Origin: an uncultured archaeon
Lineage (GTDB): Archaea; Nanobdellota; Nanobdellia; Woesearchaeales; UBA9642
Direction: 5' to 3'
DNA: 64,000 nucleotides
Assembly (NCBI GenBank): GCA_963777125.1
Contig: CAVZPN010000016.1
Span: 295 to 64,294 of the forward strand
Part shown: positions 25,895 to 37,500 of the stretch, in pieces
Layout: every line of letters begins with the position of its first letter
Position numbering within the stretch: position 1 is the first letter of the stretch
Notes under the pieces: model-generated
Told to the model about the DNA's origin: nothing
The model's database searches: none
What the model saw: only the letters and a program-made list of their open reading frames with translations
Position numbers and translations under genes: made by a program

Positions 25895-27829
25895 TTAATA
25901 ATTTATCAGTATCTCAACATCTTTACCAAATACTTGTTTTAATTGTTCAAATAATGCTTCTTTAATAAATGTTTTTTGAACAAATTCTGTTGTTACTATT
26001 GCTTTTTCAAGCTCTTCGAGTGAACTTTCTTTAATATTCGTTAATTTTCCGTCACTAGTAACTATAGCGCTACTAATTTCTTTAGTTTCGTTATCTATGT
26101 CATGTATAATAAATGCTTCTTTTCCAAGCAATATTACTTCCCCAAATTTAGTACCGTGTTTTACTCTGATTTTTACTCTCTCAAGTTCTTTTCCACGCTT
26201 ACGTTGCACATACTCGACTAAGAATTTAATTAACTCTCTTGCATCCTTATTAACTTGATATATTTCAGTCTTGTTAAGTTTTTTTGCATCATAATCTTTT
26301 TTAGCTTTAATTATGTCTTTTAACATTCTTAAATATTTCTCAGGTATTAAGCCTTTATGTATTACTTCAGACTCAAAGACTTTAATAATATCTGCATCAC
26401 TTGTTTTTTCAATACCTTCAAGTTTTAATATGTCTCTTGCAATTGTTACAACGCCTTCATAATTGTGTTTTATTCCTTCTTCTTCTTTTAATTTCTCTAT
26501 TTGTTTGAATAATTCATTCATTCTCTTTAGATATTTTTTTGAATCCTCAACTAAGGCATCTATTTCTTTTCCTGTAGCAGTTTTCTTATCACCATGCTCA
26601 ATATCTTTACGTATCTTTAATATTCTTTCAATAATCTGAACATATTCATCTTCAAGCATGTGTTCTCTTTTAACAAATATATCTCTTAATACTTCAGGAG
26701 TTTCCTTTGGTGTTGGTGGCGGTAAACCATACAACATAATAGCTGCTTGCGTAGGTGTGAGTGTTGCCCAGAAGAAATCTTCAGTTGCAATCTCGGTTAA
26801 TTTATAAGTTACTCTTTCAAGTACTTGATCTCCTGAATGCATAAACATATCTATTGCTTCAGGACTAGGTTTAATTCTTCCCATTTGCAATAATTGTTTC
26901 CAAGACATAAATATTCCACGATCATAGAATGGTACACCATCTCTTAAGAAAGTAAATATTACTGGATTTGCTTCTTTTACAGACTCCCAGAAATCAGTTA
27001 AGATGTATACTTGAATATTAATCTTATTTTCAACACCACACATCTTTCCAGCATCAATTCCCATGCCAATAATTATTGCACGTAATTTATCTTTTAATTC
27101 TGCTCTAGTCATCTTCTTAACATCAGTATCATCAATTACAATAAATACATCAATATCAGACTTTGGTGTTGCTCTTCCTTGAACTAAGGACCCAGCTAGA
27201 ACATAGGTTACAATATACTTTTCAAATTTCTTTAGTACCATATTTTTATGTATTTCAGAAATCTTAATTGCAGCCATCATTCCTTTATCATATATTGCAA
27301 TACCCATTGCTATTGCTTGCAAATAATCATACTTTGCATCATAACATGATTGCCATAATTCTGTTAATAATAATGTTTCAACAGCTAAATTTTCATCAAC
27401 TTCTTTTGCCATAGCAGCAATTATAGTGGATAACTTATCTTTCAACTCTTCTTTTGACATCTTTTTACTATCAGAATCATCAACTAATGTCAATAAATAG
27501 ATTTTATTTTTATCAACTGGCATTTCTTCACCAGTTTCAGGATTAACTTCAGGTTTTGGTGGCGGAAGTAAAGATATTCCAAGAACGTAATCAGAAAACT
27601 TGTCTAGTACTTTCTTTTGAAAACCATCTAGTTTTTCTTTTAATTCAGCTAACTTCTTTTTTGTCTCTTCAGGCATATCTTGCGGAAATTGAGACTCAAT
27701 TGTTGATGCGCCATTTTGTATGTTTGGATTAACATTAGAATTTGCAGAATACGAATCACTTTGAAGATTAACTTTATGTGCATCGTTGTCTTTATTTTTA
27801 GAACTTTTCTCATTCCCCTTTTTTGCCAT
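25895..27829 (-). CDS. Nucleotidyltransferase (Pol-beta/MNT-type) protein with a duplicated NTase domain and HEPN-like helical domains
   Basis: LAGSLVQG...SDIDVFIVIDD; an internal repeat lacking GS/DxD lies upstream; RKDIEH (Rx4H) lies downstream. Confidence 0.75.
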   Translation of the reverse strand: MAKKGNEKSSKNKDNDAHKVNLQSDSYSANSNVNPNIQNGASTIESQFPQDMPEETKKKLAELKEKLDGFQKKVLDKFSDYVLGISLLPPPKPEVNPETGEEMPVDKNKIYLLTLVDDSDSKKMSKEELKDKLSTIIAAMAKEVDENLAVETLLLTELWQSCYDAKYDYLQAIAMGIAIYDKGMMAAIKISEIHKNMVLKKFEKYIVTYVLAGSLVQGRATPKSDIDVFIVIDDTDVKKMTRAELKDKLRAIIIGMGIDAGKMCGVENKINIQVYILTDFWESVKEANPVIFTFLRDGVPFYDRGIFMSWKQLLQMGRIKPSPEAIDMFMHSGDQVLERVTYKLTEIATEDFFWATLTPTQAAIMLYGLPPPTPKETPEVLRDIFVKREHMLEDEYVQIIERILKIRKDIEHGDKKTATGKEIDALVEDSKKYLKRMNELFKQIEKLKEEEGIKHNYEGVVTIARDILKLEGIEKTSDADIIKVFESEVIHKGLIPEKYLRMLKDIIKAKKDYDAKKLNKTEIYQVNKDARELIKFLVEYVQRKRGKELERVKIRVKHGTKFGEVILLGKEAFIIHDIDNETKEISSAIVTSDGKLTNIKESSLEELEKAIVTTEFVQKTFIKEALFEQLKQVFGKDVEILINY

Positions 27830-27987
27830 GTTAAAATCACCTATACTAAATATTTAATTAATTAGATTAATACATTAAATCAAAAGATAATTATTTATAA
27901 AGGTAGCGATTATTAGAAATTAAATTAAAAATCAAGATATTACGGATAATATAATATAATTAACAAATCAAATATTAGAAAAATAAA

Positions 27988-28002
27988 CGAAAGATTTATA
28001 AA
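27988..28002 (+). promoter_or_regulatory. Archaeal BRE-TATA promoter
   Basis: CGAAAG-ATTTATAAA upstream of the 28106 gene. Confidence 0.5.
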
Positions 28003-28105
28003 AAAACGATGACGATAATTACTATTGATGAATAAATACTAAATAACTAGCTATAATAAGTAGTTATTAATAAAATTAATACTATTAAAACATAAGGTGA
28101 TATAT

Positions 28106-28867
28106 ATGGCTGAAGAAAAAAAAGTAGAAAAACCATTCGTAGATCCATTTACTTTAATGAAAACTGAAGAGTTATTAGCTCATTACGATAAACACTTCGC
28201 AGATACTCCTGAAGATGCAGCTAGAAGAGAAGGTTATGAACATGAAATACAAGCTAATCTTAATTTATTCCAAGATGTTCAAAACTCTTATTTGATTAAT
28301 AAACGTGGAAAGGGAACTAAAGGTAATACACCTAAAAAATTCGCATTAGATAAAAAGAACGTTAACGTAGAATCTTCAGAACTCATTAACAAAATATTAA
28401 TGACATTAATTGAAGAAGACACAAAAGATGCTAAAGGACAACCAAATAAAGCAATTCTAGAATTATATAAAAATGATGTAACTAGATTAAAAGAATATGC
28501 TGCTGGAAAAGGCATCAACTATGAAAAGGTTAAACAAGATTTAATTGAAAATTATGCTAACATCAATAAATCAAAAGAATTTAACAATTTTAAAAACACT
28601 ATATCGCAAATGCTAATTAAAGATTTACAAAAACTTCAACGAGTAGGATATGAATTGCAAACCAATAATTCACATCATTCGAAAATAAAGTCATACATAA
28701 ATTCGAAATTACAAAAATCAGGTTATACTCTTGAAGAAACAGTTGGTGTTGGAGATCAAATACAACATTACCAAAGATTCCTTGAAAAAGGAGGCAAAGT
28801 CACAGCAGATGATGCACACATATACGGTAATGATCTTAAAAAATACGAAGCTCCAAAACCAAAATAA
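28106..28867 (+). CDS. Hypothetical soluble protein
   Basis: AAGGTGA SD before ATG 28106; Lys/Glu-rich ORF. Confidence 0.75.
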   Translation: MAEEKKVEKPFVDPFTLMKTEELLAHYDKHFADTPEDAARREGYEHEIQANLNLFQDVQNSYLINKRGKGTKGNTPKKFALDKKNVNVESSELINKILMTLIEEDTKDAKGQPNKAILELYKNDVTRLKEYAAGKGINYEKVKQDLIENYANINKSKEFNNFKNTISQMLIKDLQKLQRVGYELQTNNSHHSKIKSYINSKLQKSGYTLEETVGVGDQIQHYQRFLEKGGKVTADDAHIYGNDLKKYEAPKPK

Positions 28868-29038
28868 GTCACCATTAATTTACTAAATTATTTTATTTTT
28901 TTCATTACATTTAAAAATAGTGCATTCTAAAATACTTATAGTTAGGGGTTTAATGGCAATTATAGTATAATCTAAATATGAGTATAAATACTATAATAAA
29001 TTATTAAGATTCTAATAAAATAATCGGGGTGAGGCAAA

Positions 29039-30598
29039 ATTAATCAGAAAGTAGTTGATTATATTAAACATTATACTAGTCAAGGACATAATTTTAATGA
29101 AATCAAACAGTTTCTATTAAATAATAATATATCAGAAATAGATATTGATGAAGCAATTAACTATATTTATTCATCATCACAAACATCTAAATATTCTAAC
29201 GCCAATCAATCAAACAATAATAACATAAATTATAACAATTCACAATTAGAATCTCAATTAAAAACTTACATTCAAACACAATTACGTAACGGTTATTCCA
29301 TTGAACCTATAAAAAATACACTTATAGGACAAGGATATAATGCACAAACAGTGCAAAATATTGTAAATGAATTTAATAATGTTAATATAAATGTTAAACA
29401 TGAAGTTAACATTTCTAAAGGAACAATAGTTGGAATTGCGGCAATAATGTTAATTACAGCAGTTGTAGTTTATGGAATATTAAATTTCAATATTTTTAAA
29501 CCAAATCAATCATTGCTGGATATTAGCATTAGTAGCAACGCAAACAATTATTTAGCAGGGGAAAACATTAATTATCAAGTATATCTTAGTAATATGGGAT
29601 CAAACAATAGATATGATGCAACTATAAAATACTTAATTAGCGATGATTTATCAAATACCATTACACGTAAGGAAGAAACTATTGCAATAGAAACAACTGC
29701 AAGCATTAATAGAAATATTCAATTACCAACTAATATTAAACCAGGAAAATACACTCTTTTGGCAATTGCGAGCTATGGTCAAAATGAAGAGGCAAAAAGC
29801 AGCTTAGAATTCGAAATTGTAACTATTGCAAATAGTATTAATAAAAACACCAATTCCAATTCAAATAATTCTACAACAAAAAACAACACTAACATAAATA
29901 ATAGCGCCAACATCAACACAGAGGATAATGTTAATACCGATAATATAAAAAATCAAAACATTAAGGATAATAACTACAATACTCAACCTCAAACCTCAGT
30001 AACAGAAAATACTAAAGAAAGTTTCGGAGATATATTAATTCAAATTAAAGAAACTACCAAAACTAATCCACAAACAGCAGTAAACAAATGTGAAGAATTA
30101 GAACTGAATTCAAAAAAAGATATGTGTTACACAACTATTGCAGATGTTAGTAAAATTTATTCTTATTGTGACAAGATCATTAGTTTAGAAACGAAAGATA
30201 ACTGCTATCTATCTTTTGCAACAAGCAGTAAAGACATATGTAATAAAATAACAGATAAAGAGAGTAAAGTATTTTGCGAACAATTACAAATTGTAAACCA
30301 AATGGACAAATACTATAAAGAAAATAACACTCAAAAAGTATTAGAATTAAGTAAACAATTCAATCCTGAAGTATACAGTGCTACCTCTCCTATTAGAACA
30401 TATGAATACACTTACACTGAAATAGCAACCGATAACATCATGACAAGCGATTACAATACCGACATTAAATTAAATACTAGTATAGATAATACTTCGAGCA
30501 ATAATTTAATCAATACCACAGATATTAGCAATAACGACACCAATTCTACTAATACTACAAATGATACTGATTCTATCAGTATCACAACTACAGAATAA
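29039..30598 (+). CDS. Membrane-anchored surface protein (two N-terminal helical repeats, TM, Ig-like domain, Cys repeats, Asn/Thr-rich tail); probable ATT start
   Basis: The frame is open 104 codons upstream of the track's GTG 29351. GGGGTGA SD at 29026-29032 lies 6 nt before ATT 29039. C..I.....KD.CY repeats. Confidence 0.7.
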   Translation: MNQKVVDYIKHYTSQGHNFNEIKQFLLNNNISEIDIDEAINYIYSSSQTSKYSNANQSNNNNINYNNSQLESQLKTYIQTQLRNGYSIEPIKNTLIGQGYNAQTVQNIVNEFNNVNINVKHEVNISKGTIVGIAAIMLITAVVVYGILNFNIFKPNQSLLDISISSNANNYLAGENINYQVYLSNMGSNNRYDATIKYLISDDLSNTITRKEETIAIETTASINRNIQLPTNIKPGKYTLLAIASYGQNEEAKSSLEFEIVTIANSINKNTNSNSNNSTTKNNTNINNSANINTEDNVNTDNIKNQNIKDNNYNTQPQTSVTENTKESFGDILIQIKETTKTNPQTAVNKCEELELNSKKDMCYTTIADVSKIYSYCDKIISLETKDNCYLSFATSSKDICNKITDKESKVFCEQLQIVNQMDKYYKENNTQKVLELSKQFNPEVYSATSPIRTYEYTYTEIATDNIMTSDYNTDIKLNTSIDNTSSNNLINTTDISNNDTNSTNTTNDTDSISITTTE

Positions 30599-30669
30599 GA
30601 CGCCTTACTAAATTACACTAATAATCCAAACTAATCTAAACCAGATTAAATTATGCCATTAATTCTAAT

Positions 30670-33030
30670 TCAATCCAAAGGAATATTATTAGGTATGAAC
30701 TTTGGTAAAAGAATAGCAGAATATTCATCTGATATATCTCCAATTTTAGACATATCTTCCATATCATCAAAACATTTAGGTTCAGGTAGTCGCATTACAT
30801 TTAATTCTAAAGTATTATCCTGTGATAAATCACTAGCCGAAATATATACTAATGTTTGATTATCATAAATAACACCACCCCAAGGAGCAGGCTTTATGAC
30901 TATATCATCTTCAGGTATTTTTTTCTCTTCATTACATCCACCAAATACTGAATTAAGAACGGTTTTATCAGCGCATATGGTTTTACATTCTTTAAGTATG
31001 ATTATGCCATTATTATCTAATAATTGCATATTTAAGCTATATACGCCGGGAACCAGCATTATTTCACGTTTGATATTTTCAGAATCACTAGACACCATTA
31101 CGGTTTGACCAAATGGTTCATCAGTAACATCCGATAATACTTTTTCAAAAGTAATTATTACAGTATCATTCTCAGATAAACTCGTAGCATTATCTGTAAG
31201 AGAATAAGAAGAATATTTAATTGCGCCTTTAGTATCTAAAATTAAATGTTTTTTAACAAAATACTTACTCACATTAAAAGATTTAGTAACTATTTTATCT
31301 AAATATATTGAACCTAAATTTTTAGGAGTTTTAGAATCCGTAGATAATAAGACGGTTTTTGTTAAATAACCTTGCTTTGATAAAGTAATATAACCATTAT
31401 TACAGGTTGGAAACTTAGAGTTAAATAACGATTCTTGTAATAAAGTATCATATGTTGTTTCCCCAAAATCACATTCAATAAAATTTCCACAACCAAATTT
31501 AACGTTAACACTACTTAATGCATTTCCTGTAATGCCATCATATGTTTTTAACGTTACTAACCCTGAAACTTGTTGATTAACATCACAAAATTTAGAATTA
31601 GAGTTTGATTGTAAGGGTAAATTATTATTATTAACATTTAAATCAACATTAGAATATTCTTCATTAAACTTGGAATCTAATCCTAAACTAGCTAAATCAA
31701 CATCATTATCTTTTGGATAATTCAATTTTAATGATAAAAAAGATGGATCCCAAGGAATTGGCGCGGAACTATCATTTAGATAATCTTTAATTCTTTGATT
31801 AGCCACAATATTTGCTTCAAGTGCAAACATAAATGTATAATATGAACCTTTTTTATATTCATCTTTTATCTCAACTATTACAGGATAAGATGTTTCATAA
31901 TAAAAATCATAATTATTTATTATTCTTTCTTGAAACATCGGAGATATTGCTTTTGGAGGATTTTTTTTCGACATTAATAATTCGCCATTAGATGGAAAAA
32001 TATCAAAATATATTGATTGTCCTAAATATGAAAAAGATATTTCTGAATTAGATAAATCGTAACTAACAGGAATATCAAGTCTTGTCGCATTATAAAAATA
32101 ATACTCGGAAGGCGATAATGATGCATCATTTATTTCTAAATCATTTTTAGAATTCTTTACCCGTAATACAGGTATATTGGATGTTAATACTGACTGGAAT
32201 TTTTGTTTAGAACTGGTTTTTGACCATAAAGTAAAATCGTATCCTTCTGATGAATCATGAATCGGAGGTAATTTTGTTGAGTTTAATCCAGAATAAGCAT
32301 TTATTAAATATAATCCTACATTTTCTAGGTAATTATTTTGTACTTGTTTAATTGTAATGTTTGTTGCAACATCATAATATTTTTTTAAAGGTATATCGGA
32401 TTCTGTATAGAATAAGTCAAGTGTTGTTTTCTGATTATCTATTGTAACAAATATGTTTGCACCAAATAAAACTAAAACACCCTTATCAGTAATTGAAGTT
32501 TCAATAGTATAATTATTATCATCATTTATAGTATAACCTTTATCTTTAAAAGATTCAAAATTATTTAAACATGAACCAATATTTCTTACAACATAATGAT
32601 CTAATTGTTGTTCCATACTATAAATAGAAGGTGTTTGTGTTGCAACAAAACAAGTATCACAACCATTATAGGATTTTGTCTCAAACCAATAAGCAACGCC
32701 CGTTGTTTTATCAGTATAATCTAAAAATGCTAAATCAGAATTATACTGCTCTAAAGGATTTATCGTAAAATATACTCCGCTTAAAAATGGATCTATTGGA
32801 TCAATATATCCTCCATGTAAGCCAAGTTTTATGATTCCATCTGTTAAAACATTATTAACACATTGTGTTACATAATCTTGTACAGGTGCAAACTTTGCAG
32901 GCACATTAATATCTGAAGGTTTAAACTGTTTAGAATTATATGAATTAAAAAAGTATATTGCAAGACCAATAATTATTAATAGTATTAACCCAAGTATTAC
33001 AAATAATGTTATTTGACCTTTCTTTCTCAT
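30670..33030 (-). CDS. Large protein with an archaeal class III (prepilin-like) signal peptide
   Basis: MRKKG|QITLFVILGLILL; VQDYVTQC...IKLGLHGGYI; GAGGA SD. Confidence 0.8.
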   Translation of the reverse strand: MRKKGQITLFVILGLILLIIIGLAIYFFNSYNSKQFKPSDINVPAKFAPVQDYVTQCVNNVLTDGIIKLGLHGGYIDPIDPFLSGVYFTINPLEQYNSDLAFLDYTDKTTGVAYWFETKSYNGCDTCFVATQTPSIYSMEQQLDHYVVRNIGSCLNNFESFKDKGYTINDDNNYTIETSITDKGVLVLFGANIFVTIDNQKTTLDLFYTESDIPLKKYYDVATNITIKQVQNNYLENVGLYLINAYSGLNSTKLPPIHDSSEGYDFTLWSKTSSKQKFQSVLTSNIPVLRVKNSKNDLEINDASLSPSEYYFYNATRLDIPVSYDLSNSEISFSYLGQSIYFDIFPSNGELLMSKKNPPKAISPMFQERIINNYDFYYETSYPVIVEIKDEYKKGSYYTFMFALEANIVANQRIKDYLNDSSAPIPWDPSFLSLKLNYPKDNDVDLASLGLDSKFNEEYSNVDLNVNNNNLPLQSNSNSKFCDVNQQVSGLVTLKTYDGITGNALSSVNVKFGCGNFIECDFGETTYDTLLQESLFNSKFPTCNNGYITLSKQGYLTKTVLLSTDSKTPKNLGSIYLDKIVTKSFNVSKYFVKKHLILDTKGAIKYSSYSLTDNATSLSENDTVIITFEKVLSDVTDEPFGQTVMVSSDSENIKREIMLVPGVYSLNMQLLDNNGIIILKECKTICADKTVLNSVFGGCNEEKKIPEDDIVIKPAPWGGVIYDNQTLVYISASDLSQDNTLELNVMRLPEPKCFDDMEDMSKIGDISDEYSAILLPKFIPNNIPLD

Positions 33031-33102
33031 TTAATCCTCTTTTTCACATACTAAATTTAAATTAATAAATTAAATTAATTGACAAGCAATTTTAACTAAC
33101 AA

Positions 33103-33903
33103 TCATTTAGTATATTTTAGTATTTGATATTGATAATTTAATACCCATATATCTAACAATAACAATAACGGCAAAAGTAACAAAATAATATATTTTTTCA
33201 ATAATATTGATGCAAACGCACTAATCAAAATAACTACTACAAGAGCAATAAGTCCGACTATAATCACAGGTAAAGTTTTATGCAATTTTAAACAATTTAA
33301 TATCCCTTTTTTTAAATAATTTAATAAGGATATATTCTCAAGCGCAATTTGAAACATTACGATAATATAACTATAAATTAAAGTTAAAATTATAGATAAT
33401 ATTGCTAAAAGAACCATATCTGACATATAATATAGCATTAAAAACAGCAATATAAAATAAATCATAGTGATAATAGAATAAACTAGTAGCATTTTTAAAA
33501 ATTGTTTAACATTCCATTTAGTATTATTAATTCGAGTAATTAAAACACTATTAAAAAATGCTAGCAGTAAACTTAACATTAATGCGATAAAAATCAGTAA
33601 AAGTATGGCTTTCAATACAAATCCTGTCAAAAGACTTGATTGTTCTAAAATAGCATTTATGAGTGAAGGATTAGTTATAAAATCCTCAGCGCCAGACATC
33701 TTATCTATTGATGAAAGCAAAGGTAATACGCCGATAAATAATCTTACCAGAATAAAAATAAATAATATTAGCAATAATAGTAATGAAACATATTTAGCCA
33801 GAGTTAAAAATATTTGAGATAGAGGTTTATTTAACTTGTTGCTTTTCTTAAATACTTTAAGATGCATAATTAAATAATTATTCATACGCTGCTTTATCGT
33901 CAT
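33103..33903 (-). CDS. Integral membrane protein, hypothetical
   Basis: About six hydrophobic helices; overlaps the upstream stop. Confidence 0.75.
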   Translation of the reverse strand: MTIKQRMNNYLIMHLKVFKKSNKLNKPLSQIFLTLAKYVSLLLLLILFIFILVRLFIGVLPLLSSIDKMSGAEDFITNPSLINAILEQSSLLTGFVLKAILLLIFIALMLSLLLAFFNSVLITRINNTKWNVKQFLKMLLVYSIITMIYFILLFLMLYYMSDMVLLAILSIILTLIYSYIIVMFQIALENISLLNYLKKGILNCLKLHKTLPVIIVGLIALVVVILISAFASILLKKYIILLLLPLLLLLDIWVLNYQYQILKYTK

Positions 33904-34513
33904 CTACAATCTCCGTTTCAATAGTCTTAATATCACTCGAATCAACATCGTGATACTCAATTAATAATTTTGTATAATTAGAAAGATAGGTATTTGAAAA
34001 TACTTTTTCAGAATTACTCATTGGTTCAAGAGTTACATCTTTATATCCTGGAATATTAAATTTGTTTGTAGAATTAATTAGATATACTGAGTAAACAACT
34101 TGTTTATCAATTGATTGTACATACCATTCTAAATTATAAACCACATCATTTGAAATAACATAACTATATTTAGATGCCATTAAAGCAACAGTTGTACTTG
34201 AAAAACGCATATCAAAATTACCTAACGTAGCACTTTTTTTATGATCTGCAGTTGACGAGGTTAAATCTCTTGAGCACACTTCAACTTCCCAATCCTCAAC
34301 AGGATAAAATAACATCATATTATCTTTAGCTTTATCTTTATTAAGACCATTCCAGATAGGAACACTTTCAACAAAGTTATATTTAAAATCTTTCCAAAAT
34401 TGTATGCCTGAAGTAATCTCGGCAGATACAAAACTAATTGAAATTAATAATACTAAAAATATTACTAATGAATATACTAATGTGTTATTATTAAAACAAT
34501 ATTTATTTTGCAT
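33878..34513 (-). CDS. Secreted hypothetical protein, resembles the C-terminal domain of the 1662-aa protein
   Basis: ATG 34513 with GGAG SD; signal peptide ending VSA; WEVEVCS and YNLEWYV...YSVYL. Confidence 0.7.
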   Translation of the reverse strand: MQNKYCFNNNTLVYSLVIFLVLLISISFVSAEITSGIQFWKDFKYNFVESVPIWNGLNKDKAKDNMMLFYPVEDWEVEVCSRDLTSSTADHKKSATLGNFDMRFSSTTVALMASKYSYVISNDVVYNLEWYVQSIDKQVVYSVYLINSTNKFNIPGYKDVTLEPMSNSEKVFSNTYLSNYTKLLIEYHDVDSSDIKTIETEIVDDDKAAYE

Positions 34514-37500
34514 ACAAATCTCCACCATTACAATAATCCTGTATTGATGCAGGATCTTTTGGAATATTACCATTAAATAAATCACTCATTACTTGACCAG
34601 GTGTTGTTAACAGTTTTTTTATTTCTTGGAATTTTAATACCCCACTAAATAATCCACACCAAACATTATACCAGCCAGTAACTAAAGTGGGTTGCTGTAA
34701 ATTATGATTATATCGTTCACACACAGAATTAAATGTTGCTTGTAATGCAAATCCCATAGCAGCACTTACTGCTTGAGTAATTATACCTTTAGTTATTTGT
34801 GACCAAACATTATTATTAAGTTTATACTGCGCACTTTCTAAATATAAACAATCATTAAATTTGTAAGTATCTTTACACACCCTACTTGAAAGTCCTGTTG
34901 TTTGACTAGTTTGCAAACAGGATAAATACATACATCTTATTTGACGTTCTTTTTGTAAATTATATAATGTGGCTGGAGCACATAATCCATCATAATGTTT
35001 ACTTCTATAGGGATTAATAATCCAATCTTGCCTATCAATATCTTGATATAATATTGATTGTCTTTGATCATTTACAAAAGCACTTTGCGCTAAATCCGTT
35101 TGAAATTGTCCTAAATTATTATTATCTAGAACCTTACCCTTGTAAGAATAATCAACACTACTACCAACTGTTCTTACGATTCCAGTTTTAACATTTAAAA
35201 AGGGTAGTTTAACATCTTTACCAGTAAGTTTAGGAGTAGGGATAGGAGCTAGAGCAGGAGGAGTAATAGACTTATCTTTAGCAACAATAACAACTTCTGG
35301 AAGTAGTTCGGGATTATCTTCATTAACAATATCATTACCTGGAGAATTAAAACCATTAGGATCCTCATCAGTTCCGCCATTATAATTGCTATCAGTAACA
35401 GGAGTTGGTGTGGCAGGAGTATCTTTAAACTGTGAAGGCATATCTTCCGGATTTGCTTCTTTAGGCTTTACAGCAGCTATTTTATCTTGTTTAATTTTAT
35501 TATTTTCCTTTATCGCCTTAGCACCATTTACTGCATCGGATCCTAGTTCTATTAATCCGCTTAATGTATAAAATTTACAATTGTAAATAAAACAAGTATA
35601 TTTCCATACGTATCCAATTACAGAAGCTGGATCAGTTCCTGTTGGCCAAACAAATGTTTGTACAAATTTATCAAAACTAGATATTGGTGGCTCAACTGCT
35701 TTCCATAATGGTTCGCCTGCACCAGTCCATTCGATTGCTACAGCAACAACATATATGACAGATTTTACTACTTGCAATACGCCATCAACTTTTACTATAA
35801 TACTAGATATATCACATATTCGTTTTAATATATTGTCTACATCTTGACGTTTTTTAATATCTTTATCTATATTTCTTAACGTTTCTTTTTGCGTTTTAAT
35901 TTCTTGTAATGTTGCAGCATCAAGTGTTCCAAGTGGTTGATTAAACGTGTTTATTGTTAATGTTATTACTTCTTTTTCTGGCAAAATAAATATTGTTGAG
36001 CCTTGTTTTATTCTTGCAGAAATTGTGCAATTAAACGTTAATGAATCTTCAGGCAATAGTTTTCCTTTGCCACCAATTGATGTAACGAGTGTTAAACTTG
36101 AGCCAGAATTAGGAATAAAATAAGAATTAGACGTAATTGCTTCCATATTATTTATATCAAGGCCAGTACATCTATCTATTGATGCATACATTATTGTTGA
36201 ACCAGGTTTTACAATTAATGATATTGGAATATATGTTTTTATTGGTATTAAACTTGCGGTTTTTCTATCGATTTTTGGTGTTGATTGTTGAGATATTCCA
36301 AATATTACATTTGGAGTTGTTGCAGTTGTTGCCTTACAAATATTAAACTGATAAGGCAAAGATAACTTATTTCCTGCTAAATCTTCAATTATAATACTTT
36401 CATTTACTGATGTTACGTCGGTTATAAAATCTTTAACAATAATTGAACAATCAAAAATATTATCCCCATTAGGCAAACATTCTCCTATTTGAATCTTTTT
36501 TGAATTTGAAGTAAATTTTGATGTATCAACATGTATTTCTGGTTCGGCTGTTGCTTCTGATATTCGTACATTAAATTCTAATTCATCTCCCGCGGCTGAG
36601 CAACCAATATTATTCTTACTATTAGTAACATTTAACACAGTAATATTTTTTGGCTTAACATCATCAATTAATACCATTCTATCCATATCAGTATCAAGAG
36701 AATTTCCATAATCATCATAAGACTCGGCTAAAAATAAATTTAAACTAGTAACAGTTGCAGGAACATCATATACTCCAACACATTTCCAAGTTGTATTTAG
36801 ATTACATATTGCAAATCTTGTTTCTGAATTTACACCAATATTAATTAAACTACGATTATAACTTGAAGTTGCATCAAGTTCTACATTTAATAATTGTCTA
36901 CCGCTCTTTAAATAACAAGTTGTTAAATCTTTTGTACAATGAGTTTTTAATGGGCCAATGTAAGACACAGTTCCTGCATTTATAACTAAACTAATCTTAT
37001 TAGGCAAAGTTGTTTTGCTAATAGAATTAAGATTATGATCACTTGCTCTAACATTAATTGTTAAATCAGTACTTGCAGGCATTATTTCAATATTTCTAAA
37101 TACACAAATATATTCTTTACCAATAGTATCTGTTGTACATTGTGTTGCTTTAACATCAGTATATACTAATTTTAATAATGGATTTAAATTTGATAAATCA
37201 GCATAAACATTATTCACATCAAGATTTGAATCTTCAATTGAAACATACACATCAGCAGTGATTTTTGCAAGTGCTGAAAATTGTTTTAATTCAATTGTAT
37301 CTTTAACTATTTTAAATGTGTTTGCTATCTTTGGTGCGGCAAAGTCTCCTGAAATATTGAGTAATCCTGTTGAATATTTATTTCCTACTCTGTCAGTAAC
37401 TTCTAATTTATAATAAATAACACCATTATTAGTGTTAGATAAATTTTTGAAATATGATCCGGAAACGGTGCAGTTTTGAGTTAATATATTTTGAGTAAAT

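Noticed and set aside
29830-30598. Asn/Thr-rich stretches (also the MetRS linker near 46200-46290) as tandem DNA repeats
   Set aside because: Low-complexity protein linkers without a regular nucleotide repeat unit.
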